Source: Candidatus Poribacteria bacterium (GTDB taxonomy: Bacteria; Poribacteria; WGA-4E; PCPOR2b). Taken from it: a stretch of 64,000 bases of DNA. The stretch lies in the NCBI GenBank assembly GCA_965198175.1, contig OZ240245.1:4512001-4576000 (forward strand), written 5' to 3'. The notes beneath the pieces are model-generated. The model was not told where the DNA came from, ran no database searches, and saw nothing but the letters and a program-made list of their open reading frames with translations. This document shows, one piece after another, positions 20,425 through 31,829 of this stretch. The translations under genes and the position numbers were made by a program. Numbering within the stretch: position 1 is the first letter of the stretch; the number at the start of each line of letters is the position of its first letter.

Positions 20425-21637
20425 GTCTCCCTCCCTTTGGACCGCCCGCATTCGTCAGCGGATCCCCGAATTCAAAGTACCCTTCCATCCAGAGTTGACC
20501 CAACTTCGCGCCCGTTTCCAAAAAGCTATTGATTCCCTGCATCTCAGATGTGCGTTTACAGACCGTAAACCCCTGCTCATCGCGATAAAGCACCCACACT
20601 TCGTCGGCGCGAAGTTCGTTGATAAAATGGGGCGAGTGGGTGGTAATCATGATTTGAGACGAGGTGGATGCTACACGGCACTCCTCCGTCAAACCAGGCA
20701 ACAGCCGCGGGTGCAGGTAATTTTCAGGTTCCTCGATACCGATTAACTGGGCGGGTTCTGGATCATGTAAAAGCGTCAGGTACGACAACATCTTTAAAGT
20801 CCCATCGGAAGCGTACTTCGCGAGGATTGGTTCTTCAAACGGGGCATCCTTAATTTGCAACAGCAGGCGTCCGTCTGCCATCAGTTCTGCGTCCACCTTT
20901 TCTAAGCGTGGCACCCGATTAGAAAGAGTTAGGAGAATATCTGCCAAACGATTTGAGTGCTGCTCTTTCAGATACTGAATAACATTGGGGAGATTGTCTC
21001 CTGTCTCGGTGAGTCGATCTTGTGGTCCCGCCTCGGTAACGCCGCGTGTAGCATCGGCGGAAAGGTAAGAAAGATGCCAGCTAGTAATGAATCGGCGAAG
21101 GGCACTCACGCGGGGGTGTCGCGCCAACTGCCCAAGTGTGCTGACGGCGAGCATTGACGCATCATCAAGTCGCTCATCAATTCGCGTGTCTTTCTCATCT
21201 GGCATTTCGCCTGCGATTACACGGCCTGCTCCTTCTTGAAAATCGAGGAAACGAAACGGTTTCCCCCGACTTCCTCGTCGCCATTGCAGCCATTCTGTGT
21301 CAACAAAGGCTCCCTTTTTCCCCTCATCAATGGATAGATGATACGTAATTATCGGTGTCCCTCGTTTCTCACGATACTTCAACTCAAATTCAATAGGACC
21401 ATCGCTTCCGCGGGTTCGCAGTTCCTTAAAACGCCCCCTTTTGTCGCAAGCCTGTCGCAATCCGACAGCGAAACACTCCGCTAGAAACGCAAAAACATCG
21501 AACAGTGTTGACTTTCCGCTGCCGTTAGGTCCTAAAAAAGCGGACAGCGGCGTGATTTTTTTCAATTCCACTTCCCGCAACGCGCGGTAGTTCTTTACAC
21601 GCAATGACTCAATACGGGGAACGGTCTGTTGCAACAT
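20414..21637 (-). CDS. ABC/AAA_21-type ATPase
   Basis: 'VKNYRAL'; Walker A 'GPNGSGKS'; signature 'SDGT'; Walker B '[10 protein letters not shown]'; 'TTHSP'. Confidence 0.92.
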   Translation of the reverse strand: MLQQTVPRIESLRVKNYRALREVELKKITPLSAFLGPNGSGKSTLFDVFAFLAECFAVGLRQACDKRGRFKELRTRGSDGPIEFELKYREKRGTPIITYHLSIDEGKKGAFVDTEWLQWRRGSRGKPFRFLDFQEGAGRVIAGEMPDEKDTRIDERLDDASMLAVSTLGQLARHPRVSALRRFITSWHLSYLSADATRGVTEAGPQDRLTETGDNLPNVIQYLKEQHSNRLADILLTLSNRVPRLEKVDAELMADGRLLLQIKDAPFEEPILAKYASDGTLKMLSYLTLLHDPEPAQLIGIEEPENYLHPRLLPGLTEECRVASTSSQIMITTHSPHFINELRADEVWVLYRDEQGFTVCKRTSEMQGINSFLETGAKLGQLWMEGYFEFGDPLTNAGGPKGGRRAH

Positions 21638-21756
21638 CTAAATCACCTCCATTTTCTCATTTCTATCGTACAAGCAAATCTAGACTGAAATCCGATACTG
21701 CGGTTGTACGACTTAGAGTAAGAACAGGAACCGTACTCAAATTCAACAGTTAGTCT

Positions 21757-22686
21757 TTACAACTCACCAAAGTCTTTGAATAATTGTCGAACCAAGTCGT
21801 CACGGTCGTCATTTGGAGCATCTGGTGAACGCTCAAGACTATATTCTATGGCTTTGAGACCTTGGAACGAGGGACGCCTGCCAAAAAGCGGGTGTTTTTG
21901 TATCTCTCCACTAAGGCAATCAACCACACCTAAGACGGTCGACAAACAGTCCTTCAAGACAAGACTTACCTGCCGTTCGTTTGACTCCATATCCAGATAT
22001 CTCTTTGGGTCAAGTCCGTCAGAACCGCTTAGTTTCATATCCACGAAGAGTTTGATTTCAACTACAGCATCTAGTGGCTCAACTGAATATGCAATGAAAT
22101 CTTTTCTCAGTTTCGATCTCAAGTTAGATCGGAAACTATGTATCCGAGGTTTTACGTTAGGATTACCGCCTCCCAGAAATCTTGTAGAGCACCGATCCAA
22201 ATCATAGAACGGAAAAATGGATTCCCTGTGCTTATCAATGTTGCAGAGAGAATGAACGGTTTTTAGAGCGGACCATTTGTCATTGTTACTAAATGGTTGC
22301 ATCTCTTTGATTCTAGCCATGGACTGTTGACTTACACCGCAAAGCTTAGTTTTTACTGCATTGTTGAAACGAGTCTCATCTTCGAATATGGGAAATTCGT
22401 TATGATGATTTGGCGCTTTATAGTTTGCGTGGACTAACTGCCAAATCAACTGATCAAGAGTAGACCGCAGATTATATACTATTTCTCCTACTCGAACTGA
22501 ATATTGAATTGGGACAGCGGGCGTTTCGCCCCGAAATACCCAGATTCTGTCCCCAACATCTGGCCGCAGTTCTTCGGAAAACAAGTCTTGCTGAGTTTCA
22601 CAACTTTCCGTAACATCACCCGCCAGGTGTTCGATTTGATCTTGTGCCCTTTGGAGTTTTGCATTAACTCCTTCTAGTGTAACCAC
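21757..22686 (-). CDS. Hypothetical protein, possibly HEPN-like
   Basis: 309-aa ORF with RBS; 'AKLQRA..QIEHL', 'NLRSTLDQL', 'FPIF', 'LCNIDKHR'. Confidence 0.6.
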   Translation of the reverse strand: MVTLEGVNAKLQRAQDQIEHLAGDVTESCETQQDLFSEELRPDVGDRIWVFRGETPAVPIQYSVRVGEIVYNLRSTLDQLIWQLVHANYKAPNHHNEFPIFEDETRFNNAVKTKLCGVSQQSMARIKEMQPFSNNDKWSALKTVHSLCNIDKHRESIFPFYDLDRCSTRFLGGGNPNVKPRIHSFRSNLRSKLRKDFIAYSVEPLDAVVEIKLFVDMKLSGSDGLDPKRYLDMESNERQVSLVLKDCLSTVLGVVDCLSGEIQKHPLFGRRPSFQGLKAIEYSLERSPDAPNDDRDDLVRQLFKDFGEL

Positions 22687-22713
22687 GTAAAGCGTCTCCT
22701 TAAAATTGAATTA

Positions 22714-23919
22714 CTACACAACTATTCGATCTGTTCCAACACGAATTTCCCCCGACAATAGTTTCGGTAGCAGAGCGTCACGAATTTGCGAGAGGGTATG
22801 TGACTGATGAATGTTGTCAATTATCCTTTCGAGCAATGGTCGAATTAACTCGGTATATTTTCTAGCAATGTTCATCTGAGGAAGCGCAATTTCGTATCTT
22901 GACATATCTCTCCAATTGGTTCGTGGCATTCTCGTACCCGTAGAATGGGCATCAGTATACGCAACGAATTCGTCACAGGACACAAGCCCCAAAACAACAC
23001 CGAACCGCTCAGATTCAACCGGCTGAATCACTAGAATGTCAGTTGAGCAAACCCCGTCGATCGGTGCAACGCCGACCTTGTGAAAATAAGGTCGAAGTTT
23101 CCCAAAGAGGATTTCGCCCTTTCTGAAACGAAACTTATTGCTGCTGATTCCGTCGGCGGTCTGCCATTCAGAGAGAGCAATATTTCGCTTTGGCATATGT
23201 TCTAATCCGATATAAACGTCTTCAGAGTCGATTTCGTTAACTCTTGCACTACGCCGAACATTATGTGCTATCTCGCCGAGAGTTCCAACTTCCCACCCCT
23301 CTGGAATCTTTCCGATTGCCGAGTCTTGAAAAGCAGAAGGAAATAAGGCAGCGGTTTCGGCATCCATGCCAACGGGTTCGCGTCCCTCCATCTTTGCCCG
23401 CACGGGATCAAAATCCACAAACCACGACTTGAAAATTGCCCTTGCTGTCGTCTCAAGCGTCTCGTTCATCAGTCGGTTGAGTTCAATCTTGCCGTCGAGC
23501 GAGCCGAGGATGTGGGCGATACGGCGTTGCTCAGAGAGCGGGGGAATCGTTGCAGGTATTTGTGAGAGGATGGTTTGATTGAGCAATGGCTGCCCCGACC
23601 CTGTTCGCCAATCATTTAAGCGAAGGGTATGGAGAAGGTAGAAAAGAAACTTTGTATCATTCCCATCTTTTGCATTTGCTCGAATAGCATTGTCTGTAAC
23701 CCAGCAAGAAGTATTGCTAAAGTAGACCGATCCGCAATAACTACCAACGCGCCCGATAATGATTGTACAAGGGACTGCATTGACCTCATTACAGAATCCA
23801 ATAATTCCATTAGAGCCATAAACGGGATTAGGCAAATTGTTGACGCGAATAGGGCTGGACTTCCCATTGGAGAAAGATAATAGGTTGCCTAGACTGCTCC
23901 TAATCCAATCACTGTTCAT
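22714..23919 (-). CDS. hsdS: Type I R-M specificity subunit
   Basis: Two TRDs separated by 'PPLSEQRRIAHILGSLDGKIELN...FKSWFVDF'; terminal 'RDALLPKLLSGEIRV'. Confidence 0.95.
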   Translation of the reverse strand: MNSDWIRSSLGNLLSFSNGKSSPIRVNNLPNPVYGSNGIIGFCNEVNAVPCTIIIGRVGSYCGSVYFSNTSCWVTDNAIRANAKDGNDTKFLFYLLHTLRLNDWRTGSGQPLLNQTILSQIPATIPPLSEQRRIAHILGSLDGKIELNRLMNETLETTARAIFKSWFVDFDPVRAKMEGREPVGMDAETAALFPSAFQDSAIGKIPEGWEVGTLGEIAHNVRRSARVNEIDSEDVYIGLEHMPKRNIALSEWQTADGISSNKFRFRKGEILFGKLRPYFHKVGVAPIDGVCSTDILVIQPVESERFGVVLGLVSCDEFVAYTDAHSTGTRMPRTNWRDMSRYEIALPQMNIARKYTELIRPLLERIIDNIHQSHTLSQIRDALLPKLLSGEIRVGTDRIVV

Positions 23920-23936
23920 ACTTCCGCCTATATAAA

Positions 23937-24182
23937 TCAATATGATGCCCGTCGGAGAACCAAGGCCTCCGCAATTTCGGCACCGTCGGTCATCGTTTCT
24001 TTAAAATCGCCGAAATCGCTGTGTTGGCCTTCCCAGTCGTGGATTTGGGTATTCAGTTTTATCTTTCTGACCGAGATGCGCTCTTGTGCTAGGTCATCAT
24101 AGCCGTCTTCGTAGCCATTGACGACAACGCGCAGATTTTCTGGATATTGGCTAAGTAGTTCCTTTAATGATTTAACTGTCAT
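23937..24182 (-). CDS. Small hypothetical protein
   Basis: 81 aa '[30 protein letters not shown]'; overlaps the upstream gene's stop; GGAG RBS. Confidence 0.7.
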   Translation of the reverse strand: MTVKSLKELLSQYPENLRVVVNGYEDGYDDLAQERISVRKIKLNTQIHDWEGQHSDFGDFKETMTDGAEIAEALVLRRASY

Positions 24183-25933
24183 TTTTCCTCTCCTTTTGAA
24201 TAGGGGCGATACTCGAGCAGTGCCGAACGGCCGACGATAGCCACGATTCGTACAATTAGTTCTTTTCCTTCAGCATCTGTGAGGCGCAGATCCTCGCCGG
24301 GCATGAAATGAACCGGCTGCTGTTTTCCCTCATTGATGGCGATGTCGGAGGCGTAAAGGTAGGTTCGGTCATGTGTATCGCGTTTGGGATTCAACCGCCC
24401 GGATAGACCGGGAAGGTAGCCTGTCACCTCCGGAAAAATTACCGATCCGCCCTCTGGCAGACGTTTCATCTCCACTGTGAGTGCACCACTTGCGGGCAGC
24501 CAGTCGTTATTAAGGTGCGCGGCGAAGCCATCCGCCGCAGCAAACACCGTCATCGGAAGATGTGTTGAATGCAGATCCACTTGCGCCTCGCCATTGTCAT
24601 CCGTAGTGCCGTGTTTCCATGTCTTATTCGGAAAGAGTGCTAACAGATTAACCCCCGACAAGGGATTGCCATGATGCCGACATACAATGGCGGCGGTTGC
24701 CGGGGTTGGGTCCGTAGCGGCAGCCAGAATGGTAAGAAAAAGATCTGAGCCATCAATAATCCGATATACTGGATGCTTTCCGGTTAAGGCTTGTGTTTCA
24801 CGATGGATAATTGGCACGCCGTCTCCCCGCCGCTCCATGAAGAACTGCCGGTCACCTGAACCTCTTATACTGGACACAGGCATTCGGCCCAAGACCGATG
24901 CAAGACCTTCGTTTCGTATTGATTGGCGGTCCGCCATGCTCTCAATCGTCAGGTTGTTCGGCAAACCGCCGGGGGAGTTGAGTTCGAGCCGATCCGCGAA
25001 CATTGAGAGCCGAGTCCGGCTACCGCGAATTGAGTAGTCCCGGTGTACAACGGCGTTGACAATCGCTTCAAAAAGTGCCTCCTCGCTGTATTGGGGCAAG
25101 TTGGTACGAGCCGGGTTCTTGTGAGCTCCCACGCGCATGTTGCGCAGGGCAAAGGCGACCGCTTCGGCAATCTGTCGATTCAGCGGTCCGGCAATTATCT
25201 GAGCGTCAATTTGCTCCGATGCACGGTCACTCCCACGGTAACAGGTTGCGGCGATGCAAGCGTTCGGCAGCCACTCTTCCGGAGAACGGGTGCACAACAA
25301 CACGCCCGCCACCGTTGCACGAGTTGTTCCGTTTTCATCCGTTGTCAGGAGCCCCATCTTATCAAGCGCGGATTCGGGATCGGCGGCGCCTTCGGCACTC
25401 AGCAGGGGTTTCCAGAGAGATTCGTCCAGGGTTCCGAAACCGGTTTCCGGAACCGGCTGTTTGTCAAACCACAGGAAACGCGCTTGGCTACGTCGCTGCG
25501 CCAAACGCAGTCGCTCATCGCTCGTCATCCGACGTTTTGAACTTCCAATCCGGTGGAAACTCCCGCCCGGGCTATCGTGCTGCGCATGCCCCTGCGGTAT
25601 TTCAGCCAGCAGAAATGGGAGCCCTTCATCCAATTGCCTACGTAGGACGACAAGCTGAATAGGGGGTTTAATCGTGTCGGTGCAGACCTCGACCAAAAGC
25701 CGCTCAAGTTCGTCCATTTGTTCGCGCGACATGCCGACCACATCGCCCGCGTTAGTCACGCCACACAGCAACACGCCTCCCTCCGTGTTGGCGAATGCTG
25801 CGATTTCATCCGCGAAATCGTCACGACTGGGTTGCTTGGGGACGTTTCCGGCGAACCTGACCTCCTTAAATTCCCAGCGGCTGTCTTTCCCTAAGCGTAG
25901 TTGGCGTCTAATCTCCTCGTCACCAAAACTCAT
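24179..25933 (-). CDS. Schlafen/AlbA_2 + HATPase_c_4 (RecG_C-like) protein with C-terminal Ig/Cna-B-like domain
   Basis: 'WEFK...[15 protein letters not shown]'; '[12 protein letters not shown]...SPGGL'; tail 'GNPLSGV...TTDDNGEA'. Confidence 0.8.
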   Translation of the reverse strand: MSFGDEEIRRQLRLGKDSRWEFKEVRFAGNVPKQPSRDDFADEIAAFANTEGGVLLCGVTNAGDVVGMSREQMDELERLLVEVCTDTIKPPIQLVVLRRQLDEGLPFLLAEIPQGHAQHDSPGGSFHRIGSSKRRMTSDERLRLAQRRSQARFLWFDKQPVPETGFGTLDESLWKPLLSAEGAADPESALDKMGLLTTDENGTTRATVAGVLLCTRSPEEWLPNACIAATCYRGSDRASEQIDAQIIAGPLNRQIAEAVAFALRNMRVGAHKNPARTNLPQYSEEALFEAIVNAVVHRDYSIRGSRTRLSMFADRLELNSPGGLPNNLTIESMADRQSIRNEGLASVLGRMPVSSIRGSGDRQFFMERRGDGVPIIHRETQALTGKHPVYRIIDGSDLFLTILAAATDPTPATAAIVCRHHGNPLSGVNLLALFPNKTWKHGTTDDNGEAQVDLHSTHLPMTVFAAADGFAAHLNNDWLPASGALTVEMKRLPEGGSVIFPEVTGYLPGLSGRLNPKRDTHDRTYLYASDIAINEGKQQPVHFMPGEDLRLTDAEGKELIVRIVAIVGRSALLEYRPYSKGEEK

Positions 25934-27642
25934 GAACTATCTCCAAACCCGACAATTTTCAAACTCTCGGCAATAGCCTGGTCCTGCCGTCTTGCCTCTG
26001 CCATCTGATCCGCCAATCGTTCCGTCAAGCGGGTTATTTTCTCCTCAAACGGCTCGTCACCGTCCTCCTGAGCTTCGGCGCCGACGTAGCGTCCGGGCGT
26101 CAGTACATTTCCGTGCTCGTGTATCACTTCTAAAGTCGTGCTTTTGCAGAAACCTGGGATGTCGACATATTCACCCGCACCTTCATCGCCTCGCCAAGCG
26201 TGATAGGTATCGGCGATGCGGGTAATATCTGCATCCGTTAGTTCCCGGTGGACGCGATCAATCATCACACCGAGTTTGCGAGCGTCTATAAACAAGATTT
26301 CACCGCGACGGTCGCGGAACCGTAGATGATTTTGGGCAGGCACAAGACCTGCCCCTACATTTGGTTCGTTTCCTGTAGGGGCAACCCTTGTGGTTGCCCT
26401 ATTCACGGGGGCTACCCCCATGCCGGCTCCGTGACGGTTGCGGGCAATAAACCAGAGACACACAGGGATTTGCGTGGAATAGAACAGTTGCCCCGGCATC
26501 GAGACCATGCAATCGACCAAGTCGGCTTCGACGATGTTCTTTCGGATTTTGCCTTCACTGGAAGTGTTGGAACTCATTGAGCCGTTCGCCAATACGAACC
26601 CAGTGATGCCGCCGGGCGCGAGGTGATGGATGAAGTGTTGTACCCACGCAAAGTTGGCGTTTCCTGCTGGGGGCACTCCGTATACCCAACGTTTGTCCTC
26701 GCGCAATCGCTCGCCGCCCCAGTCGCTACTATTGAACGGCGGATTGGCGAGAATGTAATCAACTTTCAGGTCGGGGTGAAGTTCGCGGTGGAAACTATCT
26801 GCGTGCTCATCTCCGAGATTGGCGTCGATGCCGCGAATGGCGAGATTCATCTTCGCCAATTGCCAAGTGGTTGGGTTGGACTCCTGTCCGAAAATTGAGA
26901 TGTCGTCGCGCCCTCCACCGTGCGCTTCAACGAAGGCTTCGCTCTGGACAAACATGCCGCCCGAACCGCAACATGGATCGTACACCCGCCCCTTGTATGG
27001 CGCGAGCATCTCAACGAGCACCCGTACAACACAACGGGGGGTGTAGAACTGACCGCCCCTTTTGCCCTCGGCACTAGCGAACTGTGAGAGGAAGTATTCG
27101 TAGACTCGACCCAGTATATCCTTTGAGCGATTCTCCTCCTCCCCTAAACCGATTGTGCCGATTAGGTCAACTAATTCGCCGAGGCGACGTTTGTCGAGCA
27201 TTTGCCTAGCGTAGTTTTTAGGAAGCACGCCTTTGAGACTCGCGTTTTCCCCTTCAATGGCAATCATGGCTTTATCAATCAGCGTCCCGATTTCCGGACG
27301 CTTGGCGTTGGCTTGCAGATAAGACCATCGGGCTTCCTGAGGGACGTAGAAGATATTTTCTGCCAGATATTCATCTCGATCATCGGCGAGCTGGACACGG
27401 GCGGTTTGGTCTGGAACGTAGAGTTCGCTCTGAGGATTCGCAGATTCTGTGAGGAGCAAATTGTACCTTTCCTCAAAGGTGTCTGAAATATACTTGAGGA
27501 AGATCAGCCCCAACACCACATGCTTGTATTCGGCGGCGTCGAGGTTGTTACGGAGTTTATCCGCTGCCCGCCATAGGGTCGCTTCGAAGCCGAGCGTCGC
27601 GCCATTTTTGTTGGATTTTGTGTCTCGTTTCTTTTTTGCCAT
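25930..27642 (-). CDS. hsdM: Type I R-M methyltransferase subunit
   Basis: 'LWRAADKLR'; 'GQFYTP'; motif I '[11 protein letters not shown]'; motif IV 'NPPF'. Confidence 0.97.
   Translation of the reverse strand: MAKKKRDTKSNKNGATLGFEATLWRAADKLRNNLDAAEYKHVVLGLIFLKYISDTFEERYNLLLTESANPQSELYVPDQTARVQLADDRDEYLAENIFYVPQEARWSYLQANAKRPEIGTLIDKAMIAIEGENASLKGVLPKNYARQMLDKRRLGELVDLIGTIGLGEEENRSKDILGRVYEYFLSQFASAEGKRGGQFYTPRCVVRVLVEMLAPYKGRVYDPCCGSGGMFVQSEAFVEAHGGGRDDISIFGQESNPTTWQLAKMNLAIRGIDANLGDEHADSFHRELHPDLKVDYILANPPFNSSDWGGERLREDKRWVYGVPPAGNANFAWVQHFIHHLAPGGITGFVLANGSMSSNTSSEGKIRKNIVEADLVDCMVSMPGQLFYSTQIPVCLWFIARNRHGAGMGVAPVNRATTRVAPTGNEPNVGAGLVPAQNHLRFRDRRGEILFIDARKLGVMIDRVHRELTDADITRIADTYHAWRGDEGAGEYVDIPGFCKSTTLEVIHEHGNVLTPGRYVGAEAQEDGDEPFEEKITRLTERLADQMAEARRQDQAIAESLKIVGFGDSS
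26334..26400. repeat. Inverted REP doublet (GTAG-type) inserted in-frame in hsdM
   Basis: GGGCAGGCACAAGACCTGCCCCTAC (26334-26358) and GTAGGGGCAACCCTTGTGGTTGCCCT (26375-26400); translate as VGAGLVPA and RATTRVAPT. Confidence 0.8.
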
Positions 27643-28210
27643 AATTTTTTATCAATTTCCACTTTGCCGCTTGGGATTTCCACTGCATTGGAAACGCACC
27701 GGTACAATGTTCATAATAACCCATCTTACGGAGATTTTCAAGCCCGTTTAGAAAAAAGCGAGTTGAGACACTGCTGAACGCCTCCCGGTCATATTTTTAG
27801 CGTCCCCGACGGATGTAAATTGACGTCGACTGGAGAATTTGATGGGAACGGCGTTCTTTTTTTGCACGTAGATGTTAGACGGATGACATGAATCTCGATA
27901 TGGTCAGCATTGGCACTCGGTGGCATCGCTAATCTCTTTTCACCCCCTTGTTGGTATAGAAAAGTCACGAAAGTGGCAACGCCTTGCAACATCCTTGGGT
28001 TATATTACAAGCGTTGAGGTCCTCGCGCATTTCGGGTTTCTCTCACGGTTACGCCGCTCAGGATTCAAGCGTATCGACGGACTGGAGAGGAACGAAGTTT
28101 TTCATTGGGGACTGACCTAGGTGAACTCAGTTGAAGCCACTTCTGAGTTTTACTTTATCTACGCGAAAATTTAGGTTACAATTAGTCAAACATAACTTAA
28201 GGGAGTATTT

Positions 28211-30638
28211 TTGATGCATAGCAAGCGACACTTTATTTCAACTTCTGTTTTCATCGTTCTTTTGAATTTAATTTTAGGCATCTTCATACCCGCCTTTTCC
28301 CAAGATGACTCTGGGCACTTTACACTTCAACTGCTCCACGCAGCAGACATGGAGGGCGACATTGAAGCACTCGAAAATGCGCCGCGGTTTTCATCGGTGT
28401 TCAATGCACTCAAAGCCGAGTTTAAAAATACTGTTATAATCGGAGCGGGCGACAGCTACATCCCCGGACTGTTTTTCGCAGCAGGAAACGATCGAAGCCT
28501 TCGCGATGTTTTGGGGCGTGAGGGGTCAGGACGCGCGGATATTTTGATACTCAACGCGATGGGCTTTATGGCGTCAGCACTCGGCAATCACGAATTTGAC
28601 GCGGACACTGGCACACTCGCAGGGTTGATCCGGAACGATGGTAGAGGCTACGTCGGCACTGCGTTCCCGTTTCTGAGCGCGAACTTGGATTTCAGCCACG
28701 ATAGCAACCTTGCCGATCTGGTTGTCGATGCCGGGCAGGAAGTAAGCACAATCCCGAACAGTATCAGCAAGAGCGCGGTTATCACGACACCTTCGGGCGA
28801 AAAGATTGGTGTCGTTGGCATAACCACACCGCGGCTCGGCAGTATATCCTCACCGGGAAATGTCGGGATTGTACCCGAAGATCCAGATAATATTGCGGCA
28901 TTGGCGGCAATCGTCCAAGAGTCCGTTGATGCGTTGACGGCAACCGGAGTAAACAAGGTCATTGTCACTAGTCACCTTCAGCAAATTCGCATTGATGAGA
29001 TGATGGCATCTAAGTTGCGCGATGTTGACATTATCATTGCTGGTGGCTCGAACACACTGTTGGCAGATGATACAGACCACCTGCGTGACGGTGATGTTGC
29101 CGGCGGGCCCTATCCGATTTTGACGAGTTCCGCAGCGAATGAACCGATTGCGATAGTCGGCACAGATGGTAATTACAGGTACGTCGGACGGTTAGTTGTC
29201 GGCTTTGACGAGGCGGGCATCCTGTTACCAGAATCAATCGACGCTGAAGTGAGCGGCGCCTTCGCTGCAGACGAACGCGGTGTTGTAGATACCGGCAACG
29301 TCACACCAGCGCCGCGTGTCGTTGAAATTACCGAAGCAATTCGGTACGTGGTTGTCGCAAAGGATGGTAACATTTTTGGGCATACGAGCGTTTATCTTAA
29401 TGGCAACCGGAATTCCGTTCGCACAGAATGGTGAAGTTGTCGGTGATATGAATCAATCCTTCCGCATCGTCACACTCAATTTCCTTGCGGATGGCGGTGA
29501 CGACTATCCTTATCCGAATTTCCCGAATACTGATCGCATAGACCTTCCCACAGCAATGACGGAGGAACAGTCGGGTGGACAAGCGACCTTCGCTGCACCC
29601 GGAACGGAGCAGGATGCACTTGCGGAATACCTTGCGGCGAACTTCTCGGAAACTCCGTTTGCGGCTGCCGATGTTGGTCCTGAGGGCGATGAACGTATTC
29701 AGAATCTTGCATTTCGTACCGACAGTTTGATTGTACCGCCTTCAACCGCGACCACATTCGATACGCAACTCAGCGCGGGTTTGAATATGATTAGTTTACC
29801 CCTGATGCCCGACAAACCTTATACGGCGCGTTCCTTCATGGAAAAACTCGATGCGACAATCGTAATTGAGTATAATCCCTCGGTTGGCAGGTTCATCGGA
29901 TTCACGGCAAATTCCTCCGGCGGCGGTTTCCCGATTGAGGGGGGAAAGGGCTACATTGTCAGCGTCACTGAATCGAAGATTGTCAGCTTCACCGGTCGCG
30001 CGTGGGAAAACACGCCGGCGATGGTCGCAGCCGCTCCGACACCGGCTCAGGTTTCCCACGTGTGGGCGTTTGTTCTTCACGCCCGGTTTGAGGGAGTCGA
30101 AGATTTGACGCTTACTGTTCATAACGAACCCACCGGAATCATCCGATCTGTTGATGTGAACGAATCGCACGCTGTCTGGGCAGACATGAGCCGCCGGGCT
30201 GTTACTTCCGTCGGCGATAGGCTGGCAATCGAGGTTCGTGATACAACTGGCGAACTAATTCGCACATTACATCACGAAATTGACGTGACGGACACTCGGC
30301 GGGCGTTCGCAGAGTTGCGACTGACGCCAGACGACCTGAAGCCGAGGCGGACCGCGCTGCTCGCCAATTATCCGAACCCATTCAATCCGGAGACATGGAT
30401 GCCGTATCTGTTGGCGAATGATACCGACGTTGCAATTCACATCTACACCCCAACGGGACATCTCGTTCGGAATCTTGACCTTGGATTCAAGAGCGCGGGA
30501 TTTTACATTGGACGGACACGCGCCGCCTACTGGGATGGTCGCAATGACTTTGGCGAGCGGTTGGCTTCAGGCATTTATTTCTACCAGTTAATCACCCCCG
30601 AATCGACAGCGATTCGGAGGATGGTTATCGTGAAGTAG
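28211..30638 (+). pseudogene. 5'-nucleotidase/metallophosphatase with FlgD/T9SS-type C-terminal domain, split by an apparent internal deletion and frameshift near 29425
   Basis: ORF1: signal peptide, 'LHAADME', 'GDSY', 'LGNHEFD', 'IIIAGGS', ends 'VYLNGNRNSVRTEW*'. ORF2 resumes in another frame at 'QNGEVVGD...VTLNFLADGGDDY' and ends with 'NYPNPFNPETW...WDGRN...SGIYFY'. Confidence 0.75.
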
Positions 30639-30660
30639 CACCGTTAGGAGAAGAAGATTA

Positions 30661-31314
30661 ATGAGCATCGTGACGTCCGAGTTCGAGGGAGCGATGTATC
30701 CACCGGGGACGAAAGTGTCATTTGCGACCAAGACGCGCACACTGCAAGGCACCGTACAAAAATTGCTGCCCCGGCATGCACGGGTAGCAACGCAGCACGG
30801 AACACTGTGGAACGTCCCATACAGCGTCTTGACGGTGAGAGAGCCTACGCGAGAACCTGCGATGACGCTCAACGAAGTTGAAACGTTGGGCAAGCGCTTC
30901 ATTCAAGAACACGAAGCCACAAGCGGTCTCAAAACAGGATGGCAGTTTGCATTCGATCTCGCGCCTGTGCGCGGCGGTATATGCAGGTACACGGCGAAGC
31001 AGATAACGCTCTCGGTCACATACTGCTTGAAAGCGTCCCGGGAAGACATCGTTGATACGATTCTGCACGAAATCGCACATGCGATAGTCGGGCCGAATCA
31101 CGGACATGATGAAGTATGGAAGGCAGCAGCGCGACGGATTGGATGCTCAGCCAAACGGTGTCACCAAGTCGACCATACGCCCCCGCGCTGGCGCGGGCAG
31201 TGCGAATGCGGTCAAAAATGGAAACGACAACGCCTGAGTCAACGCGCAAGAACAGGGCAGTGTCCGAATTGTAATAAGAGGATTGAGTGGACAAGGGAAG
31301 GAGTGAGATCATGA
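30661..31314 (+). CDS. SprT-like metalloprotease domain protein
   Basis: 'DTILHEIAHA...HGHD..WK'; C-terminal CxC/CxxC; AGGAG RBS. Confidence 0.9.
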   Translation: MSIVTSEFEGAMYPPGTKVSFATKTRTLQGTVQKLLPRHARVATQHGTLWNVPYSVLTVREPTREPAMTLNEVETLGKRFIQEHEATSGLKTGWQFAFDLAPVRGGICRYTAKQITLSVTYCLKASREDIVDTILHEIAHAIVGPNHGHDEVWKAAARRIGCSAKRCHQVDHTPPRWRGQCECGQKWKRQRLSQRARTGQCPNCNKRIEWTREGVRS

Positions 31315-31349
31315 AAAGCAGACACGCCCACGCCGGTCTCGGAAAAGGT

Positions 31350-31745
31350 GTTATTGCTCGGCATTCCGGAGGTGCGAATTCAGTGCGACACATTTGGGCT
31401 TGGGCGTGCCTTTGTCAGCGGGCAACCGATTGCGGATGCCGAGCAGATACTATCGTTTGGCAAGACGATCGACCAGCGGATAATTCGCTAGGTCTTTTTC
31501 AATTTCGTCGAACAGGGTTTGAAGATGGACTTCGGTGAATTCGCCGAAAGTTGTGAACTGACCAATTTGGCTTGGTGCAACCTCCATCTCGTCTTTCAGG
31601 TTGTAGGTCGCACTGAGGTCATAAGCCATCGCGACATTATTCCGTATCCCCAACGGCTTGAGAAAATCGCGCAGCCGTTTATAGTGTTCGACTCCCTCCG
31701 CATTGACTATCGTTTGATTCACCGACAAGCTCATGCGCAATTCTC
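31350..31745 (-). pseudogene. Fragment resembling the C-terminal half of a radical SAM/SPASM protein
   Basis: 'LSVNQTIV...AKR*YLLGIRNRL...PKCVALNSHLR'; in-frame TAG at 31450-31452; no N-terminal CxxxCxxC. Confidence 0.45.
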
Positions 31746-31829
31746 TCTGGTGTTGCGCAAGGGCTTTGAGTGGTGGCTTCAAGTACCTCAGTCCGCAGCA
31801 GCACAACAATCTGAGAGACATCCTGTACC

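Noticed and set aside
16600..27800. R-M region as an integrative element or prophage
   Set aside because: No integrase, tRNA target, att-like repeats or phage genes found by eye
27700..28200. Short ORFs or ncRNA upstream of hsdM
   Set aside because: No recognisable protein or RNA motif
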